A stretch of 64,000 bases of DNA, from positions 288,001 to 352,000 of the forward strand of contig CAVOKF010000006.1 of the NCBI GenBank assembly GCA_963696385.1. Direction: 5' to 3'. Under the pieces are notes generated by a model, which saw only the letters and a list, made by a program, of their open reading frames with translations, was not told the origin of the DNA and searched no databases. A program made the translations under genes and the position numbers. Origin of the DNA: an uncultured delta proteobacterium. GTDB taxonomy: Bacteria > Myxococcota_A > Polyangia > Polyangiales > Polyangiaceae. Below, piece by piece: positions 57,285-64,000 of the stretch (position 1 is its first letter; each line of letters begins with the position of its first letter).

Positions 57285-58724
57285 ATGCGGTGGCTCCTCG
57301 TGGTTTCGTCGTTGGCTTGCGTGGGTTGTTCTCAAGACTCCGGGACCATCCAGCTCGTCACGGGTTTGGAGACCGATACGTTTACGCAAGCCCCGGTTCC
57401 CACGTCGCTCACGGTCTACGCCGTCGAGACCGCGGCGGACGGCGGCGTCATGAGCCCCACGGCCCTGGCGAAGGCCGTATGGCCCGCCACGACGATCGAC
57501 TTGGGCAAGCAGAACGAAAGCACGAACGCCCGGCTCACCGTGTCCGGGATCGCCGCGAACGGCGCCCCGGTCGTGTACGGAGCCTCGATGCCCCTCAACT
57601 TCGGAGCTCTTGCCGGCACGACGATCCCCATTTTCGTGCAGCGCACCGGCGAGTTCGCGCGCTTGCCGGACCCCCCCTCCGACATGCGCACGGCGCCGAC
57701 CCTCGTCGTGTTCGACAGCGAATACCTGTTGGTCGCCGGGGGCCAAGACGCGGACGCCGATACGACGCAAATCTACGACTTCTTGCAGTTGGCGCCGGCC
57801 GGCTCGCCGCCCGTGCTTCCTCAGGTCCCCGAGTCGATCGCGTTCGACGGGACGGTGAGCTGGCTCATCGACGGCGACGCGGGCACCTACTTCGACTTCT
57901 CCGACAGCGACTCGGGGACCATCTCGCTTCCCACCCTGCCCAATGGGTCGGCCGGACAATTCAGCGACATCGCAGGGGGTGCCACGATCGTCGACGACAC
58001 GGGAGCGCAATACATCGTCGGCGCCACGCGCACGAGCGGTGCGCCGTCGGCGAGGGTGCTCAAGATCGATCCCAATGCCGCGACCGCGACCTATCCCAAC
58101 GGCAACGCGACCTGGCTCACGTTGAGCTCTGCGCGCCTGGGCGCCGCCGCCGCATGGGTCAGTGGAACCGGGCTGGTGGTGGCGGGGGGCAGCGCGACTG
58201 CATCCGGCGTCGAAGTGATGGGCGGCTCGACGTCCACGACGTCGACGATCGGCGTACCCTTGCCGTATCCCCCCGACGCGAGCTCTGGAGCCGGCGCCAT
58301 CGCGCTCGATGGGCAGCACGTTCTGCTCGCCGGAGGCATCGTGTCCGGCGCCGACGCCGGGGTGCGCGTGGTCGATCTCGGCTGCAACGCCCCGCCCGAC
58401 GCGGGCGCTTCGCCCGACGCAGGGATGACGCTGGCGGTGCCTTGCACTCCGACAGTCTGGTCGAGCCTGCCGGTTCCGCTCGCGTTTACCCAGGTGTTTA
58501 CGACCAACGGCCAGAGCGTCTTGATCGTGGGCAGTGAGGCGTCGGGCCCGACTCACGCATTCAAGGCGCTCGGACCGATGACGGACGACATCGCGGACGC
58601 AAGCCCCGGGGTTACGGAAATCCCGACAAAAGTGCCTCACACGAACGCGCGCGCCGTCGTCTCGCCGACCGGAACGGTGGTACTTTTCGGCGGCGCGACG
58701 CAGATCGAGTCGTTCACTCCGTAA
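57285..58724 (+). CDS. Lipoprotein with Kelch-like repeats
   Basis: Lipobox CVGC; LLVAGG, LVVAGG, VLLAGG, VLFGG motifs. Confidence 0.72.
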   Translation: MRWLLVVSSLACVGCSQDSGTIQLVTGLETDTFTQAPVPTSLTVYAVETAADGGVMSPTALAKAVWPATTIDLGKQNESTNARLTVSGIAANGAPVVYGASMPLNFGALAGTTIPIFVQRTGEFARLPDPPSDMRTAPTLVVFDSEYLLVAGGQDADADTTQIYDFLQLAPAGSPPVLPQVPESIAFDGTVSWLIDGDAGTYFDFSDSDSGTISLPTLPNGSAGQFSDIAGGATIVDDTGAQYIVGATRTSGAPSARVLKIDPNAATATYPNGNATWLTLSSARLGAAAAWVSGTGLVVAGGSATASGVEVMGGSTSTTSTIGVPLPYPPDASSGAGAIALDGQHVLLAGGIVSGADAGVRVVDLGCNAPPDAGASPDAGMTLAVPCTPTVWSSLPVPLAFTQVFTTNGQSVLIVGSEASGPTHAFKALGPMTDDIADASPGVTEIPTKVPHTNARAVVSPTGTVVLFGGATQIESFTP

Positions 58725-58826
58725 TCCGAGGGGACTCGGTCTTCGTCGAAACCGATGCGGGCGCGGGCCCGAATCGGGCGGTGAGCGCGGCCCGCCGATG
58801 GGCCCGAGTCGCCGAGGCGGGTTCGG

Positions 58827-59708
58827 TCAATTGAACGGCGGCATGGCATACGGCGTCGTCGGCGAGATACCGTCGTTTCGGTGCAGTTGCGTGACGAGCG
58901 GCTCGTCGAGCCAGGCCTGCAAGGTGGCCATCTGGCAAGCGGTGAGCGCCGTCCGTCCGTCGAGAGGCATCTGATCGCATTTGGAGCAAGTCGGGGGATC
59001 GGCCTCTTGCATGACCGCCATCACGATTTGAAAGCGAAACGGCGTCGGCGTCTCGGGGCAAGACGAGGAGTGAGCCGTGCCGGTAATCCAATCGTAGGCG
59101 TGGTCTTTGCCACCACTGGCCACGGTCGACGTCGCATCGAGCACATGGCAGCCTCCATCGCCGGCATTCGCCGCGCCCGACTTGCCGCAGGAGGCGTTCA
59201 GGAAGGGCTGCACATCGGTCGTGAAACTCACCGTGGCAGGCAGGGTGCATCCGGCGGGCGCCACCACACTGCTGCCGCTCGCGGATCCGTCGGTCGCGGT
59301 GAGGCTCGCGTCTGGTCCGCCGTTCGGGGGAGGTCCTGCTTGCCCGCTCGATCCGCCCGACGATCCCGCACCGCCGTTGCTGGATCCGGCACTCGAGCCC
59401 CCGCCCGTGGAGTTGCCGGTGCTGGAGCTGGCCTGGGATGCGCCGCCAGGGTTGGGCGAACTTGAACTGCTGCCCGTCGATCCTGTGTTGCTCGACGGGG
59501 GGTTATCGATCTGGGAGTTGCCGGATCCCCCGGCGTCCTCCGTCGACGGATTGACCGTCGATCCGGAGACCGTTGACGAAGCGTTTCCCGACGCCAACGG
59601 GTTCGTCGAGTTACCCCCTAGGTCGCCCCCTCCACTGCAAGCGCCCAAAATCCCCACACCGAGAACGGCGAGCAGACGAACATGGCGCGAACGGACAGCT
59701 AGTTTCAT
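58827..59708 (-). CDS. Lipoprotein with cytochrome c-like C-terminal domain
   Basis: Lipobox LGAC; VSFTTDVQPFL...C-x12-CH...MPL....LT..Q...L..W. Confidence 0.65.
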   Translation of the reverse strand: MKLAVRSRHVRLLAVLGVGILGACSGGGDLGGNSTNPLASGNASSTVSGSTVNPSTEDAGGSGNSQIDNPPSSNTGSTGSSSSSPNPGGASQASSSTGNSTGGGSSAGSSNGGAGSSGGSSGQAGPPPNGGPDASLTATDGSASGSSVVAPAGCTLPATVSFTTDVQPFLNASCGKSGAANAGDGGCHVLDATSTVASGGKDHAYDWITGTAHSSSCPETPTPFRFQIVMAVMQEADPPTCSKCDQMPLDGRTALTACQMATLQAWLDEPLVTQLHRNDGISPTTPYAMPPFN

Positions 59709-59927
59709 TGGGCAGTCTCTTTGACGATAAAAGGAAAAATGGGCAAGCGTCGTCGGCACACGACACGTGCCTGCCAATCAGCGGATCACACAATCGTAAG
59801 CTCGTAAACGATCTCGAGCAAGGAAGGGAACGCCGACATCCGGCTCAACTCCTGCGACGGTGAAAAAGAACATCCTCACCACCGACCGTCGTCCCACCAC
59901 CGAGCAAAGAGCCCTTGCGCCTCTGGC

Positions 59928-60160
59928 CGACCCGCGACCGCGACCCGCGACCCGCGACCCCGACCCGCGACCACGACTACGACTGCGACCACGACCACGA
60001 CTGCGACTCCGACCGCGACCCGCGACACGACCCCGACCCCGACCGCGACCCGCGACACGACCCCGACCCCGACCGCGACCCGCGACACGACCCCGACCCG
60101 CGACCACGACTACGACCACGACCCCGACTGCGACTGCGACTGCGACTGCGACCGGCGACC
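59928..60160. repeat. CGAC-based low-complexity tract containing a 30-bp unit x3
   Basis: gaccgcgacccgcgacacgaccccgacccc at 60011, 60041, 60071; flanking cgacca/cgactg runs. Confidence 0.9.
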
Positions 60161-60262
60161 TCGGCTCTGACCCGCGACTCCGACGCCGACCCCCCGACAT
60201 GACCGACGAGGTCTGTTTCCCGGATTGACGCCGCCGTTCACGTCGATTCTGGTTGGGCCCCC

Positions 60263-60958
60263 GTGAGTCATATTCATTTCGTTGGCGGTGAAAAAGGTGG
60301 CGTCGGCAAGAGCCTGGTCGCGCGGCTGCTGTGCCAGTGGTTCATCGATCGCTCCGCGCCGTTCGCGGCCGTCGACGCGGACGTCTCGCATGCCACTCTC
60401 CGTCGCGCCTACGGAAGTTACGCCCAGGCGGCCGACCTCGACGACTTCGCCAGCGCCGACGAGATCATCGACCGCGCGTTCGCAGCCGACCGCGCGGTCG
60501 TCGTCGATCTCCCGGCGCAAAGCAAGCGATCCCTTGACCGCTGGCTCGAAAGCGCCGACGTCCTTCGGTTCGCCCGCGAAGCAGGCATACGCTTGACGCT
60601 TTGGCACGTCAGCGACGGGACGGTCGACTCCGTCCATGACCTCGAGCGTACGTTGGAACGTTACGGAGACGCGCTCGCTTACATCGCCGTCAAAAACCAC
60701 GGTCGCGGCAAGGACTTCGCCCTTTTCGAGGAGAGCGACGCGCGCCGGCGGTTGCAGGAGCGCGGCGGCCGCGTCATCGACCTCCCGGAGCTCGACGCGG
60801 TGACGATGACACGCATCGATCGAACGGGCGTGAGCCTCTGGGCTGCGGCAAACAACACGGAAGGCGATCCGACGCTGGCCCCGCTTCAGAGGCAGCGGGC
60901 CCGCATGTGGCTGGAACGCTGTTATGCGGCCTTGGGCTCTCTCGGCGACGCGCTGTGA
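60263..60958 (+). CDS. ParA/MinD-like P-loop NTPase (MobD-like)
   Basis: IHFVGGEKGGVGKS deviant Walker A, VDAD, VVDLPA. Confidence 0.8.
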   Translation: MSHIHFVGGEKGGVGKSLVARLLCQWFIDRSAPFAAVDADVSHATLRRAYGSYAQAADLDDFASADEIIDRAFAADRAVVVDLPAQSKRSLDRWLESADVLRFAREAGIRLTLWHVSDGTVDSVHDLERTLERYGDALAYIAVKNHGRGKDFALFEESDARRRLQERGGRVIDLPELDAVTMTRIDRTGVSLWAAANNTEGDPTLAPLQRQRARMWLERCYAALGSLGDAL

Positions 60959-61135
60959 GCGCTCACTCGACCTCGTAGCGGGGCATGCCGTGGCCAAGTC
61001 GCCCTTTTCGGGCGGAGAAGATCGCGATATCCCATGCGATGGCCAGGCCCCGGCGAACTCGTCACCGTTTTGAAACGAGATCGTCGTCTTGCTGGGGGGC
61101 AACGAGACCTAGAGTCGTTCGAAGAGGCCGACGAA

Positions 61136-61594
61136 ATGCTCCAGCCCAAAGTCGTTTTTGCCCCGATCGATTTCAGCGATCCAGCACGCGACGCGGCGGA
61201 TACCGCAGCGGATCTCGCCTCCCGATATAGCGCCGCTCTCGTGATCGCTCACGTCGTGCCCGCCTTGCCGAAGCTGCCTGCGGGCGTCTCGGTCTTCAAG
61301 GAGGGGGAATACGAACGCCGCCTTCACGAGGACGCCGTGAAGCGAATCGCCGAGGTGGCCGACAAGTACGCTCAGAGCGGAATTTCCGTGCGATCGGAAG
61401 TCGGGGTAGCGAACGATGTGGGGATGGAAATTGTGCGGATCGCCGAGCGCCACAAAGCGGATCTCATCGTCATCGCCAGCCACGGTCTCACAGGTTGGAA
61501 CAAAGTCCTCTTTGGCTCGGTGGCCGAGAAGATCGTGCGCTTGGCCGAGTGCTCCGTGTTGCTGCTGAAGGCTGCACCGACGAACAAGCGCTGA
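61136..61594 (+). CDS. Universal stress protein
   Basis: APIDFS, ADLIVIASHG, FGSVAEKIVRLAECSVL. Confidence 0.92.
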   Translation: MLQPKVVFAPIDFSDPARDAADTAADLASRYSAALVIAHVVPALPKLPAGVSVFKEGEYERRLHEDAVKRIAEVADKYAQSGISVRSEVGVANDVGMEIVRIAERHKADLIVIASHGLTGWNKVLFGSVAEKIVRLAECSVLLLKAAPTNKR

Positions 61595-61690
61595 AGGCTG
61601 CACCGACGAACAAGCGCTGAAGGCTGCCCGACCGACGAACAAGCGCTGAAAGCCCCGCCGACGAACAAACGCAGGGTGCACCGACGAACT
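61564..61690. repeat. 26-bp tandem repeat at the 3' end of the USP gene, decaying distally
   Basis: gctgaaggctgcaccgacgaacaagc x2 perfect, then three degenerate units. Confidence 0.9.
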
Positions 61691-61782
61691 CGCGCTCAGT
61701 CCGGCTCCGTGATGAAGCGGGCCGCGGACGTCGCCGACCGCGGCGGCGCGGCCCACGGGATGGTCTCGGTGTAATCTAAGCC

Positions 61783-62472
61783 ATGCGGCTGGTTTCTGCG
61801 GGTGCCACCGTCGCTGCGTGGGCGTGCGTTGCGTGCAGCGCCGGGATCAACCAAAGCAATGGTTCGAAGCTCGGCGAGGCGCTCGCCTTCGCGGCTGTTG
61901 CGGGTGCCGCGCAACTGGGGTTGTCGGCGGCGGAGCAACAAGCGCGCAACAACGCCCCCGTGACTCACGCGTCGAGGGGGCTGGGTGTCGCACCCGGATG
62001 CGACAACGACGACGGGTACGCCTGCATGACCGTACGGGCCGAGTCGTCCGCCCGCAGCATTCCCGAGCCGGAGATGGACGAGGACGAAGCGCGCGCTTAC
62101 GTGCTCGGTTACGTCAACGGGGTTCGCAGGCTCAACGGCGTCGGTCCTCTGATCCGGGACGAATCGCTCGATGCATTCGCTCAAGCGGGCAGCGACGAAC
62201 TCGCGCTGGACCCTCGCCCGAACCGTCCCATGTCCGAGCAGGCCGGGGACCTCCACGCCGTGAGCGGCGAGGTCGAAGGCTCGCCGGACGGATCGCGTGC
62301 TGCCCTTCTGCAGGATCGGATCGCCGAAATTCTCCTCCGCTGGATGAACGAGGGACCCGGCGGAGCCGACCACGACACCCTGCTGCGACCCGGGTGGCGT
62401 AACGTCGGAGTCGGCATTGCGAAACGCGACGGTCGTTTGTTCTTTTCCGTCGATTTCTCGGCCGCCCATTAG
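61783..62472 (+). CDS. CAP (SCP-like) domain lipoprotein
   Basis: Lipobox CVAC; VNGVRR..GVGPL..DESL, WMNEGPGG..H..LL, VGVGI...FSVDF. Confidence 0.8.
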   Translation: MRLVSAGATVAAWACVACSAGINQSNGSKLGEALAFAAVAGAAQLGLSAAEQQARNNAPVTHASRGLGVAPGCDNDDGYACMTVRAESSARSIPEPEMDEDEARAYVLGYVNGVRRLNGVGPLIRDESLDAFAQAGSDELALDPRPNRPMSEQAGDLHAVSGEVEGSPDGSRAALLQDRIAEILLRWMNEGPGGADHDTLLRPGWRNVGVGIAKRDGRLFFSVDFSAAH

Positions 62473-62490
62473 ATGGGTCGCTCGGCGGCG

Positions 62491-63120
62491 TCAGGCCGGG
62501 CCGGAGGGCGGAATGTCGCCCGCGGCCGGTGTGTCCTCGAGCGAGGGATAACGGTCGACCAGCGAAAGGTGGTAGGCGAGCAGGCGAAGCTGATAGCGCT
62601 GCATCGTCGCCAGCCCATCGGCGATGGCCGCCGGGATGCGCCCGCTCACGAGGATCACGGCCGCACCCACCAGCCACGCCAACCCCGAGGCCGTCGTCAA
62701 AACGGCCCACAGCAGCAGTGCCGGAAAGCTGTACACGAGACGCAGCAGCGCTGAACTCGCGGTCGGTGAGCCGCCCACCTCGATTTCGACCTCCACCGCG
62801 GACTCCGGATCATGGTTCGGCCACTGGTCGGTGAGGAGCCACACGTAGGCGCTTGCCGCAGCGAACCAGCGAAGCGAGCGGCCGATGCGCGGCGCGTCTT
62901 CGGCGAGGTATCGCTCCGGCCCGTGCTGAGAAATGAGTAGCGCGGCGACGGCAGGGAGCACCAGATAGAGGAGCCCATAGACCGACGAGCCACCGATCAT
63001 CCCGATGGCGCAAAGCAGCACCAGGCGGATGACGACCTGGATGCGATTCATGGGTCGCGACACTCGGACGCGCAAGCGCACGGGATGGGCCGCCGAATTC
63101 AAACTCGCGGGTGACGTCAT
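62491..63120 (-). CDS. DUF4389-like membrane protein
   Basis: Two repeats; GRIP...RYQLRLLAYHLSLVDRYP. Confidence 0.75.
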   Translation of the reverse strand: MTSPASLNSAAHPVRLRVRVSRPMNRIQVVIRLVLLCAIGMIGGSSVYGLLYLVLPAVAALLISQHGPERYLAEDAPRIGRSLRWFAAASAYVWLLTDQWPNHDPESAVEVEIEVGGSPTASSALLRLVYSFPALLLWAVLTTASGLAWLVGAAVILVSGRIPAAIADGLATMQRYQLRLLAYHLSLVDRYPSLEDTPAAGDIPPSGPA

Positions 63121-63316
63121 GGGGATGGCAGGCGGCGGCCTCAAGGGCTTCCGATGGGGCAGGTCGCGGCAGCGCGCCCGAAGTCTGGCCCACGGACGCT
63201 CCCACGGCCAGTGGCCGGTGAGCGTGGTGCTCGGCCGGCCCCATCCCGCGATGGCCTGGTTTCGGATTCGAATGAGACGCGGCAAGCCCGGACCGCGGGC
63301 GCTCGGTGGAGATCCC

Positions 63317-64000
63317 TCAGCGGTATTGAACGGAGTCGACGTACAGATGAAAGGGCGCGGTCCCCAATAGCTCGAAGCCCAGTCGGATCACCTGCGTCGG
63401 GTCGTAGTCGGGTTGGTTGTAAGCCGGCATCGAGACGTCGAGAGAGACACACGTCCACGTATGAGGGGTGAGAAACACGGTGCCGCCGTCGGCCCACGAA
63501 TAGTCGGCTCCAGTTTGGACGAACACCTTCAGATGGGGACTGGGGCCGCTGTCGAGCCAGACCCACGCCGACAAAGTGCGCTCCGCCAGATTGGCGGGCG
63601 ATGTCTCCTCGAGGACGAGCCACGCCCCGCTCAGCGCCGCCGCATCCGTCGGGGTCGGGGTCACGTCCACCTGCACGGCGCCCGCCGTCGGGTAGCCCGT
63701 ACTGCCGGTCCACGCGAGCGTTGCCGCGACGCCGGGATCGCTCAAGAGGACCCAGCCCTCGATACCGGTGTCGAACGTCCATTGCTCGACCGCGGGGATG
63801 CTGCTGGCGCATGGCGTGGAAGCCTCGAAGCTGGCATCGGCGGAGCCGTCCGACGCGTCGGTCGCTTCGAGGTCGCCGTCACCGGTGGGTGCGCCATCCG
63901 GGGATCCAAAACCAATCGTCTCGACATCGTTCGCTCCCACGCCATCGAGGGCCAGGGGGGCGATCGCGTCGAGGTTCACCCAGTCGCACGCCAAAAGCGC
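63317..64000 (-). CDS. Secreted protein with carbohydrate-binding-module-like domain (5' end outside the window)
   Basis: WTFDTGIEGW, KVFVQTGADYSWAD, VIRLGFE, LYVDSV beta-sandwich pattern. Confidence 0.65.
   Translation of the reverse strand, partial: ALLACDWVNLDAIAPLALDGVGANDVETIGFGSPDGAPTGDGDLEATDASDGSADASFEASTPCASSIPAVEQWTFDTGIEGWVLLSDPGVAATLAWTGSTGYPTAGAVQVDVTPTPTDAAALSGAWLVLEETSPANLAERTLSAWVWLDSGPSPHLKVFVQTGADYSWADGGTVFLTPHTWTCVSLDVSMPAYNQPDYDPTQVIRLGFELLGTAPFHLYVDSVQYR

Noticed and set aside
59778..60228. RP-, GR- and VA-repeat ORFs
   Set aside because: Translations of the CGAC low-complexity tract; no convincing RBS or domain
61564..61690. 26-bp repeats as a CRISPR array
   Set aside because: No unique spacers; derived from the usp coding end

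Overview
GC-rich chromosomal window, most consistent with a myxobacterium (Polyangiaceae-like). This is inferred from multiple Hanks-type Ser/Thr kinases, a TPR-PEGA protein and many lipoproteins with D-A/S/G-G linkers. Recognisable content: MsrB fused to a degenerate MsrA; TolC plus an atypical kinase; a non-phosphorylative L-fucose-type catabolic cluster; Tex; a GT-C-like membrane protein; isoaspartyl peptidase; glgP; a full kdp locus (two microproteins missed by the ORF track, kdpABC, frameshifted kdpD, two kdpE-like regulators, an adjacent Ser/Thr kinase and two classes of 11-bp-spaced operator boxes); PL14- and GH8-like glycan enzymes; a divergent pair of paralogous kinases; a flavin reductase/SDR/Rieske operon resembling bacterial sterol C-4 demethylation genes; a broken sigma54 activator beside a RelE/ParE-type TA pair; PolX and a flap endonuclease; and two paralogous Gln/Ser/Ala-rich proteins each preceded by a sigma28-like promoter. 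Four copies of a hairpin (REP/MITE-like) element and several tandem repeats are present. No rRNA, tRNA, CRISPR array, transposase or integrase was recognised. All calls come from reading motifs by eye; no database search was run.
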